From NCBI GenBank assembly GCA_965644295.1, contig CBFFRP010000520.1:5114-69113 (forward strand): a DNA stretch of 64,000 nt. The letters are read 5' to 3'. Of this stretch, positions 22,540 to 34,990 are shown one piece after another. The notes beneath the pieces are model-generated. The model was not told the DNA's origin and ran no database searches. It worked only from the letters and a program-made list of their open reading frames with translations. Positions within the stretch are counted from its first letter, which is position 1, and the number at the start of each line of letters is the position of its first letter. Origin of the DNA: Paraphysomonas bandaiensis. Taxonomy: Eukaryota > Protista > Chrysophyceae. The translations under genes were made by a program, and so were the position numbers.

Positions 22540-23050
22540 TCTAATGCAGATTGGGGTCACGCTGTTTCACGAATGGGTACATCGTGTTTGCTTCAGGTAG
22601 AACGCTCACTTGGCAGTCAATTTTACAAGTCACTGTATCAACTTCATCAATGCAGAGTCAGTATCAGGCCATGTATGCTGGTATGCAGTATGCAGGAACT
22701 GGAGGTGCTATAAACAATCTGGGACTAACCCTAACCCACCTCAAAGTGCTCGTGATTTGGCATTGAATCCACTGGTTCATAAGCGTTCGAAATATTATAT
22801 TTAAAATGTTCACTGGATACGTAAACCAGGGCTGCGTAACAATTACTTGCAATTAAATTGAAATTAGTAGCTAATAGCTCGCGCAATCAACTACGACTAT
22901 TTGCAACTCAATTAATTGTTACGCAGCCCTGACGTTAATATACATACATGTTGATCCGGATCATCCAACACTGCGATATTATAGCATGTTGAGACAGATG
23001 ATCAGAGTGCTGACATTTCTACGAAGTCATTTTGTGGTGAGATTAGAAAC
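22540..23050 (+). pseudogene. Decayed copia RNase H remnant from an older, different element
   Basis: NADWG, GYIVFASG..LTWQSILQVTVSTSSMQSQY, QSARDLALNPLVHKRSK and DDQSADISTK read across frameshifts. Confidence 0.85.
22827..22931. mobile_element. hAT-type MITE (105 bp) nested in the copia remnant
   Basis: Perfect 19-bp TIR CAGGGCTGCGTAACAATTA / TAATTGTTACGCAGCCCTG; degenerate 8-bp TSD ACGTAAAC / ACGTTAAT. A related single end lies at about 33193-33220. Confidence 0.85.
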
Positions 23051-23570
23051 ATCAGTGAGGTGAAATAATGAGAAAACCAGTGTATCTTTTGGATACTAAG
23101 TATATTTGCTCAATATTACAACATGTTATCCAATTTAGTGCACCATATGAATTATGAATAGATGTAACATTAACTCTTACTATATATATACTAGAAAATA
23201 CATGACAGGACACCAAAAATGTTAACTAATTTCAACAATAACCCCCCACAAAACTGGGCTTTCTATAAACTTATATAATTTGACTTCATTCACAGGATAT
23301 CTGCTATGACTACTATGTACATCTCCTACAGACAACTGAGGAGCAGAATTGTATTTTCCCAAGTAATCACAAGAGAATTAGTTCATTACAAACTCAAACG
23401 AAGGAACGAGTCATATGTGTCAATGAGCTGAGGATAAATACTTACAGTAGAACTAACAGTGCATCGCCATTTAAATGTTTTCTCAACGATGAACATGATG
23501 AAGGATGATATCCAATCAAATTACTACATACATGCTCCCAAACACAGAGAGCTTAAATTTACTGCGTCGG

Positions 23571-25312
23571 CTAGAACTGTAAGTCCATACAGTCGTCAGA
23601 GCGCATTTCGTGATAACAGGTTGGACACTTGAACCGTCCACCACGCTTCGGCAGAGATCTCATACTGGACTTGAGAATGACATGACCGCACAACAATAGC
23701 AGTGGACAGTTATCTGTGTAAAGATATCTGTGAACTCATAACGAAGCGCTATTCATTTCGGATACCTGATGTTGCAGTCTCTCGGGAAACGGGACAGGAA
23801 AAAACAGAATGAAATCTGTATAAAACAGTGACAAAAGGGGTAAATGCTACGTATGACTCACATAAGGTCGGGGTCGGCAGGGTAGTCGAGAACCATGGTG
23901 TCTAAGTCAGACCATTTGTGCTGCTGAGATCCCTGTGATATAGGGCGTAATGAAACGCCTTTCTTAACACTTGGGGCGGCCTCTATTCCTGTCATAGAGT
24001 GGAGCATATTTAACGTTAGCGAGGTGGGGAATAGGAAATTAGATTGGCACGCACCACTGCTGAGAAGGGTGATAAGGTGACTTCGGGATGGCAAATCGTA
24101 AAGTTGTGCAGATGCTTGAATAAGATGCAAACTGGCTCTGCTAGAAGCCCACTCAAGTGTTAGCTGGGGATAAAATGCTGACCAAGGCAGAACTTCAGGA
24201 CATGAAGCTATATCCTTTTCTGTAGATGTGACCACAGGTGTAGGGGACGAAAAAAGGAGACAACCCATGAGTTGCCTCAATTCACTCGAATACTGCTCAT
24301 CCTGTGTACATGATGAAGTCACAAAATGAAAATCATGCTTAGAATATCGTACCCTGGAGTAGTAGAGAGGGAATAATGCATGCGCCAAATCCAGGGCAGT
24401 TGACTGATTACCAGCAGCAAGAAGTCTTAAATACCTCACGACCATAAGGTCGAATGTCAGCCTGTCAGGACCAATACCATTCCCGTCACAAGCACTATTA
24501 AATTTATTTAAGGCCTCAGCATGCGTAGCAACCCAGTCCTCAGCTGCACATAGATCGCCAGCACCAAGACTCTGAAGCCAAACACATCAGCCAAATATTT
24601 TTACATAGATATAGGGTCATGGACCTTTAGTATACTGTGTATGGACTGCATATGCTGTTCCTCTGCTTTAGACACCTTATAATGACCTGAACTCCTGAGG
24701 GCATCAACACATCCTGTCTGAGCTACTCTACACAAGTGCTCGCCCGTCAACTCCAAATATGGGTCCTCACTTGACGGAATCACAGGCGAACTGCGTAGTA
24801 TAAGCAGTGTCACCACAGACTGCACTTCTCTTACCTGACTTCTAACGGGGCGTCTCCGACCTAAGCAACATCCGTTATACGTACGTCTGTACATATCTCT
24901 ATCTATATACCTATATGTATGTATCTCTATCTATATACCTACGTACATATAGCTCTCATGTACACATCTATAAGTATGTCTCTCTATATACATATACATA
25001 TACGCGAATCACCTTATCGAGGACTTTGGTGTACTTCGATATGACGGCATGATAACTCTTCAGCTGTTGAGTGATGCATTCGCTCTTATCCTTCCCATCA
25101 GGTACCTCAACTCCTCCCTCTCCCTCTCTGTCTCCCTCTCTGTCTCCCTCTCTATCTCCCTCTCTGTCTCTCTCTCTGTCCATAGCTTCTGATATCTCCT
25201 GCATAAGAGACCGCAGAGACCCCATGATCTTACTCGAGGCCTGCTTCTGGGTACAGCGGAGCTTACTCAGACCGGACATAACGCCCTTGTCCTTCTCCGC
25301 TACACCGCTCAT
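23571..25312 (-). CDS. RMND5: CTLH/GID complex RING subunit RMND5/GID2-like, multi-exon
   Basis: C-terminal degenerate RING: FHSVFSCPVSRE ... PLLLCGHVI ... FKCPTC. Upstream exons are the 24968-25312, 24601-24894 and 23858-24445 ORFs. Confidence 0.78.
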
Positions 25313-25956
25313 GTTGGGCTATGTTATGCTAGTCTCTATAGATATATACACACTCTATTCTCTATAGACTTCTACGCAGAGACAGACAGACTCTAGCTGT
25401 CATATGTACAGCACACTCAGCAGTATACTCAGCAGCAGTACGATTCGTAGCATGAAGTCCAGATTATCCTGACTGTGACCTGCCTGATGTACACCTTATA
25501 CAGCAGCATACGTACAACATACAGTGTCTTCTTCTATCAGGCGTGGACGTACTACGATCCTTCTGTTGTGGATAGACACGTAGACATCTCTCCGTAGAAT
25601 ACTTGTACAGGAGTACACAGCACTGTGTATCCATATGGCAGACGTAGAGTACAGCAGTATTTTAAAGGTATACTGTGCGGTATAGTGAGTGGTGTGTAGT
25701 TCCACTATACGGTGTGTATATACAGCAGTATATGGTACATGTCTCTATGTATACTGCAGTGTAGTGTGCTGTACTGCTGTAGTGTATCGTACAGAGGCTC
25801 CGCATAGAGGTGCACAGCAGCAAGTACAGCAGTCCCAGTCCCAGTGGATCATCCTCACCCTCATCCTCATCTCTCATCATTGAGCCATAGATACAACAAT
25901 CTCCTGCACTACAAGGACCTGCAATAGACTAGCATTGTATCTGTCTGGTTCTGATA

Positions 25957-27036
25957 ATGTCTCGAGGTCGTCGATCTAATAACAGTAACGCTAGCAGGGA
26001 CTGGAGTGGCTATCTGATTCTGTTGGCAGTCATCACAGTAACGATCGTGTTTGTTCCTGAGTCCATAGCAGATTCAGCGGGTAAAGTAACTGTTGGAGTG
26101 GTGTGGTACTGCGGGTGGATCACAGCTGTTTCAACTGGATTAGGAGTGCTGCCATTCTTCTTTGTTAGTAATCCGAACTCGTACTGGATGGGAATATCAA
26201 ACGCTATTGCTGGAGGCATGATGATCGCTGCCTCATACAGCCTCTTTGTAGAGGGGCTTGAGGCTAATGATGTACCAGGTATGAGTGACATTGTTGTGGT
26301 TATATAATTCGATCTCGATTAACATGCGGGTATCCTGTCAATAGGATTTTACGGATATCACGCGGGTTTCCGCACTGTGTCTGGTTTTCTTCTTGGTGTG
26401 ATTTTTATCGTGCTCACCAAGCGCGTACTAGATCAGTACGAAGGTCTTAAAATTGGGTCCGTGGAAGGGTCACGGATATTGCTCATCATGTTCGTGATGA
26501 CTCTACATTCCGTCTCAGAAGGAATCGGCATCGGTGTTGCTTTCGGTGGGTTTGTTACCACAAATATATCATCAAGAGTATGAGTGCTCAACTGAATTTT
26601 ACAGGTGGTGAGCGAGGCACACATCTCGGCAAGTTTATTTCTCTATCGCTGGCGATGCACAACATTCCTGAAGGGCTGGCTGTAGCGCTGGTTCTCTCTT
26701 CAAGGCGAGTGTCCCGATTGCGCACAGGTATGCTGAAATTATGAGTGATATATTACGTTTTAATATTTCCTTTCAATCATAGCGCTGTGGTGTATTTTTA
26801 CTTCCATACCACAGCCATTTATGGCCATTCCGGCCTTCCTGTTCATAGAGCACTTTACTCCCATGCTTCCAGCTGGGTTAGGGTTTGCTGCAGGGGCAAT
26901 GATCTTTGTTGCTTTCTTCGAGCTGCTTGCAGAGGCAGTTCAAGAAACTTCCCTTACTCAGACCGCTACTGTCAGCACTGCATCTTTCTTACTCATGATC
27001 TATGCTCAGGAGTCAGTTAAAATATCAACCATGTAG
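25957..27036 (+). CDS. ZIP family metal transporter (GufA/ZIP11/ZTP29-like), multi-exon
   Basis: [55 protein letters not shown]. Confidence 0.9.
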
Positions 27037-27564
27037 TGTGGAGTGCAGTAAGTGTACATAGCCTTCATTTCATCTGCCCCCCTGTCTGCCTGTATGTGTA
27101 GTAAAAACAGCAAAGCTTAGGCTTATAGGTGTAGCTATATCTGAAATGACAAACTGGCAAATGCAGGAGTATATTTTGCCACCTTAGCTATGCTATAATT
27201 ATTTTTAAAGCAAGAGTTATGTCGCGCTTGATGTCCTACAATTACATAACAACTAACAACCTACCAAGGAAGCTACAACAACAGGAGTAGGAATAAACTA
27301 CACAAAGAAATTGCATTTAAAGATACGGCTACAACATATCAACCTTACTAGCTTTCTAATATAGAATTCAGCGCGTACTGTGATTTACAAAGCTCTATTC
27401 AGGTTTAAGTACAATAGACCTCTGTCCTCTGTAGCACATACACACACAACACATAATCTTTTTGAGAGAGTTATAAATATTATTTACATTATATGTCACA
27501 AAAGTGTATATTTCGCTGTTTGTGAGCAATTTGGTGTAATTTTCTAGTCGCATCAGAAATAGTG

Positions 27565-27910
27565 TATATATTGAAAGTCTTATTATTAGCAATAGGCGTT
27601 AGAAACCTGCACCAACTTAGTAGTTAGATGAATGCTAGACAAAATACTTAGACCTCTACCTGCAATCAGTACACACGTTCTTTATCCTACTATTTAGCGC
27701 TACGGAAACTGTTTGTGCGTCGCCGCAAGCACCAAGGTGCGACCACTTACGCTCTGAGTTCTTACGGTGAACATCCCGGATGCTTGACTTCAGCAGGCAG
27801 CCCAATACCCCGGTTACCCATCAGGTGGGCCCTGTCCCTGATGCCCTTGAGGTGGACCCATTCCCGGATGCCTGTTTATTTGTCAGGGCCCAAAGACGTC
27901 TATACAAGTT
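27565..27910 (+). repeat. Family R fragment
   Basis: Inverted homologue of about 58455-58795; encodes RRRKHQGATT..CLTSAGSPIPR..PVYLSGPKDVYTS. Confidence 0.85.
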
Positions 27911-28963
27911 GAGGGCTCTCTATATATATCTCTATATAGTTTTGTTTAAAATCTCATTATTAAGGATAGGTTGTGAATCTCATTAATACTCAATATATTT
28001 CAGTTTCATTACTATTTGGGCCAGATAAAGATATATTGGATTGCAATGTATTGCAGGTATTTATTCTTGCTTGCTGCAATATAATATTAATTAATATATT
28101 AACAAAATTTGCCCTCGCAATAATATATTAATATATTATTTGTTGTTCATGCTTGTGTGTCCTTGAAAATATATATTAGATTAATCATAAATCACAGAAG
28201 TCATCTATTATTACAATATATATATAATCTATATATTATATATATTATATAATATATATCGAATAATTCCAAGAACTATTCACCAAATGGTAAACACTCC
28301 ATACTGTGTTAAACGTAGTATGCTGTTCTACTCATATACAACTAAAGACTGTCCGATTATATTTTTTATATGATGATCTGTAAGTGCATGCCAGGGTAAA
28401 CAGTCAATAAGCAAGGTGTTAGTAATAATATGATCGCCATATCCGCCAATTTTGGTCACAACACCAAAATTATTATATTCGGTTCCAAAGTATTTCGACC
28501 ACCATCTCTTTCATATTTATTGCACACAAGAAGGTGTTGCTTTACTTTTCTTCAAAGCAAGAAAACAAGAATACTAAAAGCGTACTAGCTGCTGTATTAC
28601 TATTAGATTTTTATCATCATAATAAAATTGTAACTTCAATATATATTGCAATAATATTGTTATCAGGCCCTCATTACTATTGTTCCTGTCCTATATTGTT
28701 AATAATTCATGTATGTAGAGAAATATTATTCAACCTCTAGTCAAATAGGCTAAATTACTAAGTAGTCACATATACTTTGGTGCAAGAGAACCTAATGAAA
28801 TAAGTATTTCAATATCTACATTCATTAAATAAATTATGACTACGTAAATACCATTAACATCTAATCATATTTGTCAACCTAACCATTGTGAACTGAATAA
28901 CTTATATATGAATTACTTATTGGCCAGATTTTTACTCTTGACTAGGGTTTTACACTTTTCCTG

Positions 28964-29265
28964 CCCTCAACAAAGTCGGACTCGCACCTTTTCGTGGTGT
29001 TCTGGGGGATAAGTACCGGAGAGATTCTCTCTGGGAAACTAACGTGAGCGGCATATGTAGTCAGCAGATATTGTTCTGCTCACTCATAGCCGAATACTTG
29101 TGTGGTACAAGGAACACCAATAAGTGTCAGTGGTTGCACCTTGGTGCTTGCGGTGACGCACAAGCAACTTTCATAGCACCAAATATTGGCATATCATCAG
29201 AGTTATAATTTTCTTTGTTACATTATTTCTGACTCTTACACGCCTATTGCTAATAATCAGACATT
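28964..29265 (-). repeat. Family R fragment with an internal deletion
   Basis: Near-identical to 58283-58450, then jumps to the CTTGGTGCTTGCGG and ACGCCTATTGCTAATAAT blocks. Confidence 0.85.
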
Positions 29266-29587
29266 TACTTCTATAGATAATATATAGAGTATAGAGCATT
29301 CTGACAAATACGGTGAGACCTCGGCTTCTTAAAATGCACTATAACTTTTAGTTCTCTCTAATTCGGGTGCATTTAGTGCTCGACGATAACGATATATAGT
29401 TGTGAAGAAAAATTTTAAATGCACATTTCACAATCACTCCATAAATTAATATTAGGTGCACCCTTCACGCATTGTTGCACATGTGTGCCATAACGTATGA
29501 GTATAAATAATTTCATATTCGTAACTTGTACCTCCCTTCAATCAAACATTTATAGAAAAGAATCATTACGTTGCAAGACTACGAGCT

Positions 29588-31387
29588 TCAAGGTTGTACA
29601 TAATTTGGCCGCATAAAAGGGCTAGACACGAGGTTAGATATGCTACTAATAAGGCGAATTTCCTCTTCAGAGAGAACATCGACACCCTGAGCAACAAGTT
29701 TCTCCGCCTCCAGATTGGCTTCCATGTGCCATAAATTTGTTGACCGGACAAGTACACCTACACCCTGCTGCAATGCCCACTGAAGGAGAACGGAGGATGC
29801 AGACCTGTTGTGGCTAGGAGAAGATGCAACCGCGGAGATCAGTGGGTCATGGAGGGGAAGCAAGGCAAACGGGAAGGAAGAGAAGGGACTGTAGCCTACC
29901 ATTACCAGACCAAGTTGTCTGCATAACTCGAGTATATCGTCTCCCTCACTGTCCAGCTGTCTCCCAGAGTGATACACATCGAACTTGTTTTGAACAACGC
30001 TCGGGGAGACTGCATTCTTCCTTTCACTTAGTATTGTTGCTTCAAGGAAGTCTCTCAACTGTCGTGAATTAAAGTTGGAGACTCCTAAAGCTTTCAAAAC
30101 TCCACTAGAATAAAGTTGCTCCAACACACCCCATGTGCTCGCCGTGAGCTCTTGACTACTTAAAGGGGAATGAAGATAGTAAAGATCAATATAATCTAGG
30201 GAAAGCCGATCAAGTTGTTCGTGTACCAAGTCTGCAGTTCTTGCACCAGCATCCCCTTCAAATGACAGCTTTGTCGCCACAAATAACTCATCCCTGGTCA
30301 CTAATCCTGTTTCTATTGCTCGGCGTATTCCCCGACCAACCTCCAGCTCATTGCCATACGCCTATATAGTGATATAAGGACAAACTGCCGATATAGTGAT
30401 ATAAGAACAGACTATTTTTAGTGCCCACCTGTGCCGTATCTATCGCTCTGAATCCAGCAGCAATTGCCGAATACACTGCCTCCTCACATGTACTTCCCAT
30501 CAGCTGCCAGGTACCTAGCCACATCCCGGGCATAGCAACATCGTTGTTCAGCTTGTAGGCTACTCTTCCTTCACTATTCTGCATCCTTACAGATATAGGA
30601 GGCGGCAACGAGGGGGGATAGTACCGCCTGGCCACCTCAGATATAATCGGTTTCGGAGACTCGCCTAATAGCGCTTGTACCTCAGCTTTAACTGTGTCCA
30701 AATTAGACAACATGAGCATCATACGCCGAGCCAAGGCATCACTATCGTACGAAAGGCCGGCGAATATGTCTTCAACAGTATGTTGTATCCTTTCTTTTAC
30801 GCCATTCGCGTGCGCAGTGTCTGCAACAATCTCGTAGAGTCGCAAAGAATACAGCGCTACCTCAATCAAGCCGTAATTTAGCAGGAATTCGCTCGGAGAG
30901 CTAAGGCTGATACCAACGTAAGAACTATTGCGGAGAACGCTGGACAAGCGACCGTGCATGGTTACTGCCGCAAAAAAAATATCGCCTTCCTCGGCACATA
31001 ACTGGCCAGTTAATTCCATCAACCCCTCAACAATATCCGGCGGTTCAATATGGAGTGACCGGCGAGTAAAGGGGTTCCATGCGACTGCATATCCACATGA
31101 CTGAGGGCAGTGAACCTGAACTGCAACAGAGCACATGACGCCACAACAGTTACGACCAATCGCCTACCGTATCCCGGATTATTCGAACACTCTCCCTCTA
31201 TAGCCCATTGGCCGCATAGATGGTGATCGTCTCTGGCGTGTTGCATGCAGCTGGACAGACAGTGTGTCCACATGTAGCGGGGATTAGCAGCACACTCGCC
31301 CTCAAGAGACCACTCATTACATCCCCCTGCATCCACACACACACAGAGACATACACAAACACATGCGACTAAATACACCACTGACAT
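29588..31387 (-). CDS. Putative secreted protein with N-terminal ShKT domains and a C-terminal aldo-keto reductase
   Basis: Hydrophobic leader; CNEWSLEGECAANPRYMWTHCLSSC and CGQWAIEGECSNNPGY..HCPQSC (ShKT); AKR motifs LGTWQ, IDTAQ|AYGNE, VATKL, IDLYYLHSP, LGVSNF. Two introns. Confidence 0.88.
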
Positions 31388-31856
31388 GTATGTGTTTCTG
31401 TGCATATATCTGGATATGTCACTCTAAGCAAGGGCGGTTAGAGTGCAGAGTGCTGTAGAGCAGGAGGGTGTGCGTATGATGATGATGGTCATACACACAA
31501 CTGTACAGTACCAGTATACGGTGCAGTGTACGGCGGTATATCTGGATATCTCTCAGTACAGAGTAGACTACAGCACAGTAGAGTGCTAGAGTGGATACCA
31601 AGATCAGATTCGATACAGCAGTACAGCACAGTACAGTACTGTATATACTGCTGCTGTGTACGGTATATCCGGTATATCATAGTAGAGAGCGGTGTATTCC
31701 GGGACGGTATTTCATTGTATAGTGCTCATATCGCTGATGCTGATAGCTGTGTACAGCAGTGAGATGTGCAGCAGCCCCAACACCCAGCACACACACATAT
31801 CGATCCCCACTATAGTCTCTCTAATTCATTAGTTGTAACTATCTGTGGAAGTCTAT

Positions 31857-32951
31857 ATGGAGTGGACGAAGCTTGAGTTGCGGAAGGCCTCTGTGCTGAG
31901 GAAGGAAGGTTGAGTGGGGTGAATTATAGAGGCGTTTCTCTCATATTGTGTGCAGTTGATTTGGCTATTCGTCTCATTCAGCAAGGTACTTATTACAGCC
32001 GTAATGATCATTATTTTCACAGTTTGTGTTCCAATAGCGGTTGAAAATGATGACCAGAGTGGGCTGGACGACTTAATGGAGTCCATCAAACAGAGAATTC
32101 ATGAAATTGAGGAGTTTTATGCAGAGAATGACGAAGGTGTTCACTATCAGTCTTATCGTCGTCAATCTCTCCACATATAATATAACTTCACAGATGACAG
32201 GGCCATTCTATTGGAGAAGCAACGTTTGAGATTAAGGCGGGCTATACAAGCTCTTAAACCAGAGCCCAAGACGCCTGCAACGGTTAATTCCCCTTCGCCG
32301 GGCCAACCCTCACCAAATATCCACCACCAAGGTGCAGCTAGTGCAGTTGGGTCTAATCGTAAGAACAAGGGTAAGGAGCGAGGGAGTGGTGGGTCTGTAG
32401 CATCCAGAGCAAGCAGTAAGGTATCGCAACTCTCAGGAATTGGACGGCGTTCCCCTGGTGCTCTGAAGCCAATATACTCTTGGGAAATGGGTTCACAAGG
32501 CCTTGAGCAAGGGGAGGGTACAGAAGGAACTGGCGGTTTGGTACCTGAGGTGCTGCGGGATAGGTTGTATACAGAGGAGTACGGTGCCTTTATACCCACC
32601 GGCACACAGGGACTGTACATGCGTGAAGAGGGGGAAGAGTTCGAGGATTATCATGGTGGGGGTGGAGGGTTACCCGAGGGACATATGGACTTTCAAGTAG
32701 TTTTATCACCCTCTGAATTCGAGGCATACGTTTCCAGAAGAAATATAGCGGCCAAGAAACTTGCCTCGGCCGCGAACAGTCATGCTGCCAAGTATTTGGA
32801 TAGCAAATGCAAAGAGACGCGCTTTTTGCGAACCCAAACGCCGTATGTGGATCCAAAGCGCGTGCTCAAGGAACTATACAGACCTCCTCAGCCAGAAAAG
32901 TGGGTGGATCCGAAGGGCTTTAACACTACCATAGTAAAGCACGACGACTAG
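31857..32951 (+). CDS. Hypothetical protein, multi-exon
   Basis: Long terminal exon (the 32211-32951 ORF) plus small upstream exons with GT-AG borders from an ATG at 31857. Confidence 0.65.
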
Positions 32952-33765
32952 GACCTAGCTTACATCTGTTTGTATTATAGACAACCGATGTAATCAGTGG
33001 CAATAACTTGCATCATGTCTCTGAATGCGCAATGTTGAACTGAACGTGTACGTACATTTGTAATTTAGGACGAAGTATTTTGTCTCAATGAGTCACCATT
33101 CAATTTTATGTGATAAGTATAACATATATATGATCGTTGCAATGATAGTGTGAAATCTAGGGGATCTATTTATCGACCTAATATATCTCTATCAGGCTTG
33201 CGTAACAATTAATTGAAATTATCACTTTTTAAAACCAATAAATTGAATTTGCAATTATTGCCAATAAAATGTAGTGTATTTGACTACATATCATTACAGT
33301 GTTTCACATCGTATGTAACGTATTCCGTATTCAATATTTTTATCTTAGAGAAACATACGTAATCCACCAAAAATTACACAACTATGTATGTAATAACAAT
33401 GTACTCTATTTAGTCTGACGACTTAACTTTCCTTCAATGATCTCAGTGATAAAATGAGCAAAAGTCATATGGTTAATATGTTAATATATATATGCTGTCT
33501 GGCTGTATGGTGTGAGCAAGTCTCTCAGACAGTCACTATGAGTAATCAATAGATATAAGAACGATTAGGTTTAACACTAAAATCGATTAGGTTGAATCAT
33601 TTATTACTTTGACTAGGTATGTACACCAAAATTAGTGCGACTAGGTAATTCAACCAATTTCGACTGAGTTGATTAATATTTCCCATCAAGAAGCCTTTAA
33701 TTTATAGATGACTGTGGTACCTACATTCTGCACAGTAACTATAACTGTGGTATGTTACGCAAATA

Positions 33766-34236
33766 CTAAGCCTTCATATAAAACCCGTCATCACTGCGTG
33801 AAAGACCCCGCACTCGTGATTTAAGCTCACGCATGACAGTCTTCTCCGATACAACCTCACCTGCAATGCATAAACACAATATACTGGAACCCAATCAATA
33901 TATACCTTTCACTATGCTGACAGACGTTCCCTTCGATGCATATAACTGAACATTAGGGATGCCCTCATCAAGAACCCCAAGCTTCTGGGCCACAGCGAGA
34001 CCATCCTTGTCGTCGATGTTTATCTTTCCCGTCTTGAGTGATTTAATTTTACTATTGAGAGAATCCCACACAGGAGAAAACTCTTTACAGGAGCCGCACA
34101 TCGAGCTGTAGAACTCCACCACCCACACACTGTCGTCCTCGAGCACCTGCTCTTTGAACATAAGGGGGCTCAGGTCTGTCGCAGTGGCTGACAACAACAG
34201 CAGCAACATATGAACTAACCAACACGATCTTGCCAT
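33766..34236 (-). CDS. Small signal-peptide thioredoxin/PDI-like protein (CGSC active site)
   Basis: VWVVEFYSSMCGSCKEFSPVW, GKINID, GIPNV; one intron; last exon ends DDGFYMKA*. Confidence 0.88.
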
Positions 34237-34650
34237 GAGTAACAGTTGAGGGCTACGGAAGATACTATAAGACAGCAAGCAAGCCCAGATACAGTAGAGT
34301 GAGCGGGTGAGTCCTGCCCCAGTGCAGTGCAGTGGGGTGTATCTGCTGTAGGCTGTAGGCTGTAGGCTGTAGGAATACTGCTGTACACACAGTGATCGAC
34401 CATCTACACACAGCAGTGTTCACTCACAAGCAGCAATAGTTCGCATGGAGATGTACTGTGCCAGTTATACAGCTGCTGTATACCGTATAGTATACTTATA
34501 TGGACAGTGTGTGTATCCCTTCTATGTACTGCTGTATCATGGTGTACTGCTCTATGCATCCATCTCTACACTACACACAGCAGTGCTCACACACAAGCAG
34601 CAAGCAGAAATCAATCTTATAAGTAGCATAAATCCTGATCCGATAAAGTC

Positions 34651-34990
34651 ATGAGTGTCTCCCCTCCCGCTGAAGTCACCAATGGAACAGTGACCTATAT
34701 CATGCTCACTCTGTTCGCCGTGTGTGTTGTGTGGGGGTCCAGGTTCTGCGGCTCTCTCTCGAAGGACGATGCGCAGTACGTACACTCCCTTCTGGTCACT
34801 GTTATTGTCATCTAATGCGTTTGTTTCGTAGAATTGGAACTGTTGTGATGGTCACTACTGGTTTCTTTGCATGGATGCTCTGGTATGTCATCGCTTGTTG
34901 TGAGAGGTGAGCTGATATCTATGCAGGTTATGTGCATGGATGCACCAGTGGCACCCGCTTATACTTCCTGAGTGGTCAGATGAGGAGTAA
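34651..34990 (+). CDS. ATP6V0E: V-type proton ATPase subunit e (79 aa, 3 exons)
   Basis: Exons 34651-34775, 34832-34882 and 34927-34990 give two TM helices and the signature WMLWLCAWMHQWHPLILP. Confidence 0.88.

Noticed and set aside
22723-22737. Internal telomere-like CTAACCCTAACCC
   Set aside because: Only two units inside a decayed copia fragment; compatible with chance.
29160-29205. Hammerhead-ribozyme-like CTGATGA...GAAA on the minus strand
   Set aside because: Lacks the conserved G-C pair closing stem II and a proper stem I/III with a cleavage triplet; not conserved in other family R copies.
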